Source: the human T2T-CHM13v2.0 reference genome, Homo sapiens | Strand: one strand, 5' to 3' | Length of the DNA stretch: 64,000 bases | Assembly: GCF_009914755.1 (NCBI RefSeq) | Contig: NC_060929.1 | Shown here: positions 1 to 13,125 of the stretch, in pieces | Layout: the number at the start of each line of letters is the position of its first letter | Numbering within the stretch: the first letter of the stretch is position 1 | Program-made: the position numbers and the translations under genes | Notes under the pieces: model-generated | What the model saw: only the letters and a program-made list of their open reading frames with translations | Databases searched by the model: none | Told to the model about the DNA's origin: nothing

Positions 1-228
1 TGAATTACCAATAATTGTAACTGATCCAACCCAATAGGCTAAAGGGACACATGCCCATTAATTGCTTTGTTAGAGGCTCTCTGTTGTTCTAGTCTTCTGA
101 GCAGTCATCCGCCATGGTGTAATAAAAGTTACACACACACTTTGAGGAACATATTACAAAAATGAAAAAGAATGATTATTTAAAAATGCCCATAGCAATG
201 AGGTGTACTGATTAATACATTAAAAAGG

Positions 229-530
229 GGCCAGGCCTAGTGGCTCATGCCTATAATCCTAGCACTTTGGGGGGCCAAGGAAGGAGGATAGCTTGAACAC
301 AGGAGTTCAAGACCAGCCTGGGCAAGAGAGTGAGATCCCATCTCGACAAAAATTTAAAAAATTAGCCAGGCGTGGTGGTGCTTAACTGTAATCCTAGCTT
401 GGAAGACTGAGGCAGGAGGATAGCTTGAGCCCAGAAAGTCAAGGCTGCAGTGAGCTATGGTTATACCACTGCACTCCAGCCTGGGCAACAGAGTGAGATT
501 CTATCTGAAAACACAAAACAAAAAAAAACA
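229..530 (+). mobile_element. AluJ SINE
   Basis: Starts GGCCAGGC..TGGCTCATGCCTATAATCC; dimeric with A-rich linker; J-type GCTTGAGCCCAG and GCTGCAGTGAGCTATG; A-rich tail. Confidence 0.93.
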
Positions 531-894
531 TATATTTAAAAAAAGGAACAATAACCCAATGAGCCATTGTCTCTGGTAGGAGGTTGTCACCTTCATAAGA
601 TATATCGAAACAGAAAAACAGATAAAATTACTGTTACATACAATTACTGAAATGTTAACATATAAGTTCAGGGAATTACATGATATATATGACATAATAT
701 TTATTGAAAAATATTTTGTGCACATTAATTATAACTGTGTGAAAAGGCATTTATGTGTTCTTATGACTATCCAAAATGCACTCAGAATGATATACAATGA
801 TATAAATTTGTTTCAATATTTACTTATTAAAAATATAGAATTTTAGAAAAAAAATTAATAATAACCAAACAGACAAAACAAGCCCAATTTTCCA

Positions 895-995
895 GTGTGT
901 CTCTCTCCTGGAAAGAGGCATGAATTTTTGCTCCTCCTTTCCCCAGCACATAGTACAGTGCCTGGCGCTTAGTAAATGCTCAGTGTACATTGGCC
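895..995 (+). mobile_element. L2/MIR-type 3' tail fragment
   Basis: CCCAGCACATAGTACAGTGCCTGGCGCTTAGTAAATGCTCA resembles the L2 3' end. Confidence 0.55.
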
Positions 996-1152
996 AAAAG
1001 TTGTCAAATAACAGCCAATTACTTTAGGACCAGGCTTTCTGCCAATGAATCTATGCAAGTGTGTTGACTAGCTCATATATAACCATTTCTATTGCTGTCT
1101 TCCCCACTTAATGGTTTTATTCAGACTAGATTCACATGTATTCAGAGGGAGC

Positions 1153-1465
<313 letters not shown>

Positions 1466-1919
1466 TGAGAAATTAATTTTCCATTCAAATAGCTAAATTT
1501 AAGAAGTCCTCAGTAGGCCTTGTCCTGGCAAAACAGTAATGAGGGAAGAATGATATCTCCTTGTCATGATCCGTGTTGTGATGCACTATGGTGACACACA
1601 AGGAAATGGAGAGCCATGTAAGGAGTTTTAATTGTTCAGTTGAAACAGACTTCTGAATACTTATGATTCCCTCATCTTCATAGAATACTGAGGTTTTCCC
1701 TGAAAGAAGTATCACTGCTTTTTAAGACAGGAAATAAGGTGGCTCTTGAGATTAGAGTAGGGAGATGCTTTCTCCACTACTCTCAAAAATGACACCAATG
1801 TCATGGGGTTGGTGGGGAGGGGACATATGAACACAGTATGGTTAATGATTGAAGCTCCTCTGTCCTAGCTCTTCTGGCCCTGGGGTTGGGGTGTGGTATG
1901 TTCTTGGTGATAATGTGAC

Positions 1920-1982
1920 TGTGTGTGTGTGTGTGTGTGTGTGTGGGTGTGTGTGTGTGTGTCTATGTATGTATGTCTGTGT
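1920..1982. repeat. (TG)n microsatellite grading into (TATG)n
   Basis: Read directly from the sequence. Confidence 0.95.
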
Positions 1983-2117
1983 ACTGAAAGTATGGTGTAA
2001 CTAACTGCAGTAGCATTGGGAGTCTAGGCTACAATGATACAGAATAAATAGAGTTACAATAGAAATTTTCTCCATTTACTGGAAATCTGGGGCTCTTCAT
2101 TTTAATAACAGAGATGC

Positions 2118-2680
2118 AGTCTTAGCCTAGGTTCACTAGGAAACAGCCCGAGGCAAAAGCTAATGTGCTTTTCTGTACTTTATGGAGGGAGTACCATTCC
2201 AGGGAAGCAAGAATGAGGAAGAAAAAAAGATGCGAGACAGGGAAGGAGGGAGAGAAAATACAATGGGGTTCATGTTACTGCATGGACTACAGCTTCATAC
2301 CATGCCCAGCTGACTACTCAGCCACTGGGATGTCTTTGTAGAGGCCACGTGAAGAGGCAGCTCAGAACCACCCATACCCCCTGCACTTCTGGGTTGTGTA
2401 ACTGGTCACTCTGGGAAACAGCTGGGGAAGCCAAGGCCTCTGTGGGTCCAGCCAGCCAGTGCACGGTTTCTCCTTGTCAGTTGTGGATTGAGCGTCCACT
2501 GGTCAATATAGTGGCAATGGTGGCAGTAGCACCAGTGGCAGCAGAAGTCTCAGCTTTCTTCTATGGGAACACCTTGAGCCATTGCTAGGGCTTCTGTGGC
2601 CTAGGTATAAAAGACCTGTCTAAGGCTGAGGGGGAATAGGTGGGTCCAAGCAGCACACACTGAGTCTAGTGCAGGTGGGC
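2118..2680 (-). mobile_element. Old ERVL-class LTR (LTR33/LTR16-like), decayed
   Basis: GTCTTAGCCTAGGTTCACTAGGAAACAGCCCGAGGCAAAAG..CCAGGGAAGCAAGAATGAGG..GAGACAGGGAAGGAGGG resembles the reversed 3' end of ERVL LTRs; right boundary uncertain. Confidence 0.5.
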
Positions 2681-2817
2681 ATATGCTGATATGGCCACAG
2701 TTCCTCTAGCTCTTTATTCAGTACACAGAACTGAAGCAAGCTGTTAGAATGCCGGTGTCAGTGGAGGGAGGGACATGCCTAGTTCATTGCATGTTTCCCA
2801 GCAGTGGACAATGATTC

Positions 2818-4129
2818 TGAGAGGTGACAGCATGCTGGCAGCCCTCACTGGCTCTGGCCACCTCCTCGGCCTCGGCGCCTGCTCTGGCCACGCTTGAGGA
2901 GCCCTTCAGCCCGCTGCTGCACTATGGGAGCTCCTCTCTGGGCTCGCCGAGGCTGGAGCCTGCTCCCTCTGCTTGTAGGAAGGAGTGGAGTGAGAGGCGC
3001 TGGCGGGAACCCAGGCTGTGCACGGTGCTCGCAGGCCAGCGCAAGTTCCGGGTGGGCATGGGCTCCACAGCCCCCACACTTGGAGCTGCCAGCTGGTGCC
3101 ACTGGCCCCAGCCAGTGAGGGGCTTAGCACCGGGCCAGCAGCTGTGGAGCATGCACTGGGTCCCCCAGCAGTGCCAGCCCCCTGGCGCTGCGCTCCAATT
3201 CTTGCCGGGCCTCAGCTGCCTCACTGTGGGACAGGGATCCAGACCTGCAGCCCTCCATGTCAAGGTTTGTAAACACACCAATCAGCACCCTGTGTCTAGC
3301 TCAAGGTTCGTAAATGCACCAATCAGTGTTCTGTGTCTAGCTAATCTAGTGGGGACTTGGAGAACCTTTATGTCTAGCTAAGGGATTGTAAATACACCAA
3401 TCAGCACTCTGTGTCTAGCTCAAGGTTTGTAAATGCACCAATCAGCACTCTGTATCTAGCTAATCTGCTGAGGACTTGGAGAACGTTTATGTCTAGCTAA
3501 GGGATTGTAAATACACCAATCAGCATCCTGTGTCTAGCTCAAGGTTTGTAAATGCACCAATCAGTGCTCTGTGTCTAGTTAATGTAGTGAGGACTTGGAG
3601 AACTTTTGTGTCTAGCTCAAGGATTGTAAATGCACCAGTCAGCACCCTGTCAAAACAGACCAATCAGCTCTCTGTAAAACAGACCAATCAGCTCTCTGTA
3701 AAATGGACCAATCAGCAGGATGTGGGTGGGGCCAGATAAGGGAATAAAAGCAGACTTTCTGAGCCAGCAGTGGCAGCCTTGTGGGGTGTCCTTCCACACC
3801 AGCCAGTAGTGGCAACCTGCTGGGGTCTCCTTGCACACCGTGGGAGCTTTGTTCTTTCGCTCTTTGCAATAAATTTTGCTGCTGCTCACTCTTTGGGTCC
3901 GCACTGTCTTTCTGAGCTGTAACACTCACAGCAAACGTCTGCAGCTTCACTCCTGGGCCAGCGAGACCACAAACCCACCAAAAGGAAGAAACTCCAAACA
4001 CGTCCGAACATCAGAAGGAACAAACTCCAGACACGCCGCCTTTAATTAAGAACTGTAACACTCACCGTAAGGGTCTGCGGCTTCATTGTTGAAGTCAGTG
4101 AGACCAAGAACCCACCAATTTTGGACACA
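2818..4129 (+). mobile_element. Solo LTR12 (ERV9/HERV9 LTR; C/D/E-like)
   Basis: Begins TGAGAGGTGACAGC, ends CCACCAATTTTGGACACA; 4-bp TSD ATTC at 2814-2817 and 4130-4133; typical tandem CACCAATCAGCAC repeats. Confidence 0.96.
3265..3750 (+). promoter_or_regulatory. LTR12 U3 enhancer/promoter
   Basis: Nine CCAAT (NF-Y) motifs in tandem units, then GGGTGGGGC (Sp/KLF), AGATAAG (GATA) and the AATAAA TATA-equivalent, matching the known ERV9 promoter layout; activity here is untested. Confidence 0.7.
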
Positions 4130-5437
4130 ATTCTGCTGAGCTGTTAGATCACTTATTTTCAACAACACCATGTAATGGCTCTGGATATGACAACAGTAGA
4201 AACTATGGCCCTATACATGGTGGATGCTAAGATTGATTTTGTGGTTTTCTCTGTGAGACATCATGAGGACTGATTCACTGCTGGGTCCACTGTGAAGTGT
4301 TGGACTTATCAGAGGAAGGGAAAGAAAGTTACTCATCCTTGATAAGGAAGCTTGGAATCATTTAATTAGAATAGTTAAAAAATATGACCTAATTTTTATA
4401 TCTCAACTTAATAAAAAGGGACCTACCCATGGTCTATAATCATCCAAGCATCTTGATCACATTTTGAGGCATGAGTGAGTTACTTTGTTAGGGTAAAAAG
4501 TGAGAACGCAGAAGGTGGAAGAATAGAAGAGGACTTAGTATTTAAATGTTCCTTGGTAGTGATTTTAAGTTAGTACAGATGTAGTGGCACCAATGGCACT
4601 CTAATTATAACTTGGTAGGGCTCAGCACATGGATTGAGACATACACATTCCAAGAATTCAGCTTTTAGCAGCATGTGGAATACACCTTAGTCACTTAGTC
4701 AAGAGAATGGAATCCATACCCTTCCCCATATGTAATGTGTTAGTTTATATGTGCCATGCTATTTTGGAGAATAAATAATAATTGGCTGTGGGAAACCTGA
4801 ATGATAAAAATATATTATGTGAATAGCAATTTCATTTTTTCAATAACCAATAAATACTTATTAAGTACTCAGTTGAGTTTTAAATGGTCTTTGGTTAGGC
4901 CCAAAATAGGTTTTTTTTTTATCTTCATGTTATGTATTTTCAAACATTGAGGTTAGAGTCGATCAATGAACTTTCCATTTAGAGGGTCTGGCATTTCTCC
5001 CATGAGTCCTGTCAGTTAAATAAAAGATATTAAGATTAAAAGTCCTATAATGTCAAACAATTTCTGTCTTGAGGACTTGGTTTGTCTTCTGGGTGTATGA
5101 TGCCATCGGAATATCTCACTCCTATTCTTACTGGCCTCATCATCTTGGTGAATTTATAGCTGTGGCTACTTAAGAGAGTGATAGCATTAGGCCACACAAT
5201 GAATTGTTGATTTAAAATGAGTATTGATTAGAACCCAATCAATGAATAATAAGAAAAAATATATATTTTTTTCTGTGTAGAAGGAGGTTAGTGTTATTTA
5301 GGAATGGAATAATAAGCCTCTGGGTTTTGTTTGATTTCTGTTTTTCTATGTCTGGACAAGACTGAGACTTGTATTCACAGTATCCTGTGGCATCAATCAC
5401 ATTCTGCTTTGTACTGAGGCTGTTTTGCAACAGTCAC

Positions 5438-5822
5438 TGAGATGGTTTGGCTCTGTGTCCCCACCTAAATCTCATCTCAAGTTGTAATCTCCACGAATTT
5501 TAATCCCCATGTGTCAGGGCAGAGATCTTGTGGGAGGTGATTGGATCATGGGGACGGTTTCCCCCATGCTGTTCTCATGATAATGAGTGAGTTCTCATGA
5601 GAAATGATGGTTTTAAAAGTGTTTGGCGGGTCCCCCTTTGCTCTCTGTCTCTCCTGCCGCCATGTGAGATGTGCCATGCTTCCCCTTTGTTTTCTGCCAT
5701 GATTGTAAGTTTCCTGAGGCCTCCTCAGCCACGTGGAACTGTGAGTAATTAAACCTCCTTTTAAAATAAATTACCCTGTCTCAGGTAGTATCTTCAGAGC
5801 AGTGTAAAAATGGACTAACACA
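5438..5822 (+). mobile_element. THE1D-like MaLR solo LTR
   Basis: TGAGATGGTTTGGCTCTGTGTCCCCAC...GGACTAACACA; 5-bp TSD GTCAC/CTCAC. Confidence 0.9.
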
Positions 5823-5827
5823 CTCAC

Positions 5828-6126
5828 TTTTTTTTTTTTTTTTTGACGTAGAGTCTCACTCTGTTGCCCAGGCTAGAGGGCAGTGGTGGAATCCCAGCTC
5901 ACTGCAACCTCTGCCTCCCAGGTTCAAGCAATTCTCCTGCTTTAGCCTTCTGAGTAGCTGGGACTACAGGCATGCACCACCACATCTGGCTAATTTTTGT
6001 ATTTTTAGTAGAGATGGGGATTCACGATGTTAGCCAGGCTAGTCTTGAACTCCTGGCCTGAAGTGATCCGCACACCTCGGCCTCCCAGAGTGCTGGGATT
6101 ACAGGAATAAGCCACTGTGCCTAGCC
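5828..6126 (-). mobile_element. AluS inserted at the 3' edge of the THE1 LTR
   Basis: Poly-T plus full Alu body; TSD ACACTCACTTTT / ACACTCGCTTTT. Confidence 0.94.
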
Positions 6127-7406
6127 TACACTCGCTTTTTCACCTAGATTTTAATCTGCTTGAGGTCAGTGATGGTTTGTAGTATCCCTTACAGAGTCTT
6201 GAATTTAGTAATTCATGCTCTTGATTGCATAATAACTGAAATTTCTAGTAAATTATCCAAGGTTAGCTAAGGTTGCATTTTAATTTCCTCAGGACTCTGA
6301 AGCTTTGTAGAAGCATTCTGACACCTTGCCTTGAATCACATTTCAATAAATATTCTTATAAACTATTTCCAAGGAGGTGAACTTTTTTGAGTGTCATATG
6401 TAAGGAACCATATGAGAATAACATTAGCACCCCCAGTGACACTAAAGATATGTTCCAAGCATGCCTGATTACAAAGCCCATTGATTATGTCTGCAAATGT
6501 CCTGGATCTTTGAAGAAAGTATAACCACTTATATACTTGCTTCCTTTGAGCAGAGTCCTTTATTTGTTTGGAAAACACTGGTTCATGTGCTACTCTGAAA
6601 ACAGGGTTAAGACTAGGGAATTGACAGGGAGGATTCAGAATTGCTTCTGGAAAGAAAGGCATTCAAATTCTCTTGGAATGAAGTTTTAGTTAAATCACAA
6701 CTCTTTATTTGGTCCTGCATAGTCAGCACCCAGGTTTCTTTTGAAGTATAGTCCTAGGAGCTGTTAGTACCAGTGACCTTCTAAAGTCATGCCAAGGCTT
6801 AGCAGAGAGAGAGTGCTGGAGCTCAGACTAAAGACTATGAGAAGCTTGAACATATTCTGAGGAGCCGTCTTTGTCTGGTTCTGTTTTTTATGGTTGCTTT
6901 GAGCCATGAGCCCCCAGATGTTTAGCTGAGCCTTGAAGACAGTGGTGTTTGAATCAAGGACTCCATTGGTCACCCTCAGCCCAATGGACTCTTCAATGTA
7001 AACCAGGTGGAGGACTGTATTACCACTAACATACACAACATTTGCTTCTTTTTATACCTTTGGAGGTTACATCCTTCCTCCTCATTTCAAAATATTGGAT
7101 TCAAAGGGCATGTGTCTGTTTTTATGTTTCTTTGGTGATGGGATAGAGATATGTGTGATCACACGTATTGCTTTTCTCCTTTGAATCCTGAACTTTCAAA
7201 CCCTTTCTAAGGATATCACAATGAGTCCAGGCTGCCTAATACTTCTTCCCCAGACCCTCTCCAGGATTTTGAGCCAAGTGTCCTCAAGGGAACTGTGTAC
7301 CCATCATGCCTGAATGGAGGAGAGAAAAATGTACCCTCTAGACATTGCAGTGGATGTCATGAATGCTCAGAACATTGATGCCTTTGCATCAATCTTGCTT
7401 AGTGCT

Positions 7407-7586
7407 AAAAGAGTGAAATTGGAATCTTCCTAACACAAATAAATGACAAATGCTTGTGGTGATAAATACCCCTATTGCCTTGATTTAATCATTACTCATC
7501 ATATGCTTGCATCAAAATATCACATGTACCCCATAAATATGTACAGCTTTTATGTATCCATAATAATTAAAAATAAAAAATTTAAA
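7407..7586 (+). mobile_element. 5'-truncated L1MA 3' end
   Basis: ATCAAAATATCACATGTACCCCATAAATATGTACAG plus A-tail; 16-bp TSD AATCTTG(C/T)TTAGTGCT at 7391-7406 and 7587-7602. Confidence 0.88.
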
Positions 7587-8489
7587 AATCTTGTTTAGTG
7601 CTTTCATTAGGGGAATCTGCCCATGCGGGTGGTCTCCTAATGCATAGAGGTTCCTCGCCACCCCTCCCTGTCCAAGGCTAGATATGAATATGCATGAATT
7701 TGACTATAATTAGGTCACAGAAGAGTGATATGATGCTGTGAATCATATCATTACCAGGGGAAATGATATATGGTACTGCTTTTGACAGAAACAATGTTTC
7801 ATCCACATTTGGAGCTTCTTGCTTTCATTTGCCAGGCGATTGTAAAGGAAGGTCTAGTATAAGGCAGAAATACCTACCTTCTCTTGAAAATAGGTCTCTC
7901 TCAGGGACAGACATTATCTGGCATGGGAGGACTTGCTTTCTTGTGCCAATGGTGATTAAACAACAGCAACTAGAAAATAGCCTTGGTACATAGTGCCTGT
8001 TGCCATGTCTCATTATTGTCAGAATGTCTTAAATTGCCCAGGGGTGTTTTTTCCTTGTTGTTATAGGTTTAATTATGGCAATGCCATCCTATGGGAGAGA
8101 ACTAATTAACCTTTTGTCAAGAAACAAACTCTGGTATATTGCATATGACATTAATGGCTCAGAGTGTTTCAGGGCAACTTTTTAAAGCTACTTTTCTGTT
8201 TTGTTATTGTTGACACCTTCAAAAAAAAGGTGGTTTTTTTTTTTTTTTTTTTTTTTTTTAGCAAATACAGTTGTATGCAACCTTTTGAAGCTGATATGGG
8301 TATTATATTGCTGCTGATAATTTTTAGTAAAAAAAGATGAAAAATAAAGGTCAATTTAGTGAACTGCAAGAGTTCCTCACAGGAGTGTTTACCATCTGAA
8401 ATAAATGGAAAGGAGATACTGAAGTGAGGAAAGAGAGGGGAAGGAAGATGACATTCTGCAGATGCCAACCAAACACAAGATACTTCATA

Positions 8490-8615
8490 TCTCCACAACC
8501 CTGCAAAGTAGGATTTATTCTCTTCTTTGTATAGATGAGAAAATTCAAAGTTCTGAGAGGACGTAAAAGTAAACTACAGAGTCAGTGGTCACATACAATC
8601 GGCATGATTTCAAAG
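8490..8615 (-). mobile_element. MIR fragment
   Basis: CACAACCCTGCAAAGTAGG..ATAGATGAGAAAA..CTGAGAGG is the reversed MIR core. Confidence 0.6.
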
Positions 8616-8789
8616 GCTGGGCTTTCCCATAAAAACAAGTGACAATTGAGTAGTGCTTAATACCTTATGAGGCACTCTTTTGCCTGTTAAGCCACTTACT
8701 GTTGACAGTTGTTGCATTTGTGGATTACCTGTAGCATATCTTTATCTGTTTATACACACGCGCACACACACACACACAAATTATGTAAA

Positions 8790-9020
8790 ACATATCCACA
8801 CACCTTAAAGATTCATAAACACTACTCAACTTAAGAAATAGAATAGTGCCAGTATCATAGACGTCCTGTGGGTGTCTCTCCCAGAAGGAACCACTACCCT
8901 GAATTTTATGTTAACTGCCCCCTTGATTTTCTCAATAGCTTTACCACCTAGTATATATCCATAAAAATATATCATTTATTTTTTCTATTTTTGAACTTAA
9001 TATAAATAGAATCATACTGA
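8790..9020 (-). mobile_element. L1ME-like 3' UTR fragment
   Basis: AACCACTACCCTGAATTTTATG..TTTTGAACTTAATATAAATAGAATCATACT. Confidence 0.55.
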
Positions 9021-9198
9021 TTTCTGCATCTGTATTAATGTCTTACTTTTTTAAACTTTTTAAAATTATAAATATTTAAAGCATACACATGTGTATAAAG
9101 ACTATGAAAACAAATACCCATGTACCCACCTTAATCAAATCTTCATAATTTGCTGTAATTGCTTCTGAGTTTTTTTAAAAAGAAATAGCACATTGTCA

Positions 9199-9435
9199 GG
9201 CCGGGCACAGAGGCTCATGCCTGTAATCCCAACACTTTGGGAGGCCAAGGCGGGCAGATCACTTGAGGTCAGAAGTTCAAGACCAGCCTGGCCAACATGG
9301 TGAAACCCCATCTCTACAAAAAAATACAAAAATTAGCTGGGCATGGTGGCACACACCTGTAGTCCCAGCTACTTGGGAGTTTGAGGCAGGAGAATGGCTT
9401 GAAGCTGGAAGGCGGAGGTTGCAGTGAGCCGAGAT
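9199..9435 (+). mobile_element. AluS (Sz-like), 3'-truncated, no tail
   Basis: GGCCGGGCACAG..CACTTGAGGTCAG..; stops abruptly after GCAGTGAGCCGAGAT. Confidence 0.92.
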
Positions 9436-10122
9436 GAAAGACGTTAGCTTCATTCTGAATTCCATTTTATATCCTGTCTTGTTTTTTTTTCTGTCTTTCC
9501 TTAGTCCCATTTCTTGTATCATCTTATATTCTTACATATTCATGTCAGCTGTCTTAACTCCTTTCTGAAAAAATCGTAATAAATAAATAAAAATAATTTT
9601 CTCAATGACCCTGTAAGGTAAACGTAACCATTACTGTTACTTTATAAAGGGTGAAGAGGTTAGACAGCTCCTTCTAGGAAGAAACAACTTCCCAGCCTTG
9701 GAGAAAATGCCTGGTACTAATGTATTTCCCTTTCCAAGAGGAAATTATGCTGAAATAGCCTGGTCAGATTTCAGGACACTCATGGGGGCCACATTTTCCA
9801 TTGCGAGAAGTCCCACTTGTGAATATGGCTCTCCCTGCTGCTTCCTCCATCTAAACAATGACTAGAATAAGAACTTGGCGGAGACCTGTTTTTTTCTTCC
9901 CCTTCTTGATGGCGAGGTAGCCAGGCTCTTCTCAAAAACACATTTTTGTATTTGGGAGTTCTCATCACATTTAACTTGGTGGCTGAAAGGAAAAGACCAC
10001 ACTGAGGTCTTAAGCTCATGTCAAGGACTCTTGTCCAATTTACTGGGAAACTCTGGTTTGCAGGTGATGTGCTTCTGGCAAATGGTAAAGTGGAGTCTTA
10101 TTTCCCAGTTCTCATTGTCCTA

Positions 10123-13100
10123 TGTGTGTGTGTGTGTATATATATATATATCCCATAGATCCATAGAGAGAGATATATATATATCCCATAGATATATATG
10201 TGTATATATATATCCCACATATATATATCCCATATATATCCCACATATATATATCCCATATATATATCTCATATATATATCCCATATATATATCCCATAT
10301 ATATATCCCATAGATATATCCCATATATATATCCCATAGATATATCCCATAGATATATCCCATAGATATATCCCATAGATATATCCCATAGATATATATA
10401 TGCCATAGATATATCCCATAGATATATATATCCCATACATATATCCCATAGATATATGTATATCCCATACATATATCCCATAGATATATGTATATCCCAT
10501 ACATATATCCCATAGATATATGTATATCCCATACATATATCCCATAGATATATGTATATCCCATACATATATCCCATAGATATATGTATATCCCATACAT
10601 ATATCCCATAGATATATGTATATCCATACATATATCCCATAGATATATGTATATCCCATACATATATCCCATAGATATATGTATATCCCATACATATATC
10701 CCATAGATATATGTATATCCCATACATATATCCCATAGATATATGTATATCCCATACATATATCCCATAGATATATGTATATCCATATATATCCCATAGA
10801 TATATATATCCCATATATATCCCATAGATATATATATCCCATAGATATATATATATCTATCCCATAGATATATATATATCCCATAGAGATATATATATAT
10901 CCCATAGATATATATATATCCCATATATATCCCATATATATATCCCATATATATATCCCATAGATATATATATCCCATATATATATCCCATAGATATATA
11001 TATATCCCATATATATATATATCCCATAGATATATATATATCCCATATATATATATATCCCATATATATATCCCATAGATATATATATCCCATAGATATA
11101 TCCCATATATATATATCCCATATATATATCCCATATATATATCCCATAGATATATATATCCCATATATATATCCCATAGATATATATATCCCATATATAT
11201 ATCCCATAGATATATATATATCCCATATATATATCCCATAGATATATATATCCCATAGATATATATATCCCATAGATATATATATCCCATAGATATATAT
11301 ATCCCATATATATCCCATAGATATATATATCCCATATATATCCCATAGATATATATATATCCCATATATATATCCCATAGATATATATATATCCCATATA
11401 TATCCCATAGATATATATATATGCCATATATATATCCCATAGATATATATATATGCCATATATATATCCCATAGATATATATATATGCCATATATATATC
11501 CCATAGATATATATATGCCATATATATATCCCATAGATATATATATATGCCATATATATATCCCATAGATATATATATGCCATATATATATCCCATAGAT
11601 ATATATATATGCCATATATATATCCCATAGATATATATATGCCATATATATATCCCATAGATATATATATGCCATATATATATCCCATAGATATATATAT
11701 ATGCCATATATATATCCCATAGATATATATATATCCCATATATATATCCCATAGATATATATATCCCATATATATATCCCATAGATATATATATCCCATA
11801 TATATATCCCATAGATATATATATCCCATATATATATCCCATAGATATATATATCCCATAGATATATCCCATAGATATATATATCCCATAGATATATCCC
11901 ATAGATATATATATCCCATAGATATATATATCCCATAGATATATATATCCCATAGATATATATATCCCATAGATATATATATCCCATAGATATATCCCAT
12001 AGATATATATATCCCATAGATATATCCCATAGATATATATATCCCATAGATATATCCCATAGATATATATATCCCATAGATATATCCCATAGGTATATCC
12101 CATAGATATATATATATCCCATAGATATATCCCATAGATATATATATCCCATAGATATATCCCATAGATATATATATATCCCATAGATATATATATATCC
12201 CATAGATATATCCCATAGATATATATATATCCCATAGATATATCCCATAGATATATATATATATCCCATAGATATATATATATCCCATAGATATATCCCA
12301 TAGATATATATATATCCCATAGATATATCCCATAGATATATATATATCCCATATATATATCCCATATATATATCCCATATATATATCCCATAGATATATC
12401 TATATCCCATATATATATCCCATAGATTATATCCCATATATATATCCCATAGATATATATCCCACATATATATCCCATAGATATATATATATCCCATAGA
12501 TATATATATCCCATAGATATATCCCATATATATCCCATAGATATATATATATCCCATAGATATATCCCATAGATATATATATATCCCATATATATATCCC
12601 ATAGATATATATATATCCCATATATATATCCCATAGATATATATATATCCCATATATATCCCATAGATATATCCCATAGATATATATATCCATAGATATA
12701 TCCCATAGATATATATATATATCCCATAGATATATCCCATAGATATATATATATCCCATAGATATATCCCATAGACATATATATATCCCATAGATATATC
12801 CCATAGATATATATATATCCCATAGATATATCCCATAGATATATATATCCCATAGATATATCCCATAGATATATATATCCCATAGATATATCCCATAGAT
12901 ATATATATATCCCATAGATATATATATCCCATAGATATATATATATCCCATAGATATATCCCATAGATATATATCCCATAGATATATCCCATAGATATAT
13001 ATATCCCATAGATATATCCCATAGATATATATATCCCATAGAGAGATATATATATATCCCATAGAGATATATATATATCCCATAGATATATCCCATATAT

Positions 13101-13125
13101 ATATCTATATCTATATCTATTCCAT
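10123..13125. repeat. ~3 kb AT-rich VNTR of CCCATA(G)(AT)n units with sub-domains
   Basis: Read directly: many ~12-20 bp monomers; a 32-bp unit x11 (10430-10790) and a GCCAT-variant 30-32 bp unit x10 (11420-11710). Confidence 0.98.

Noticed and set aside
2824-3381. 185-aa ORF and overlapping ORFs; CpG-island-like composition
   Set aside because: All lie within the GC-rich U3 of LTR12; no host gene signature
3265-3720. Regularly spaced CACCAATCAGC repeats as a novel array
   Set aside because: These are the known tandem enhancer units of LTR12/ERV9
10123-13125. VNTR as a CRISPR-like repeat-spacer array
   Set aside because: There are no unique spacers, only variable (AT)n lengths, and no cas-like genes; the context is primate genomic DNA
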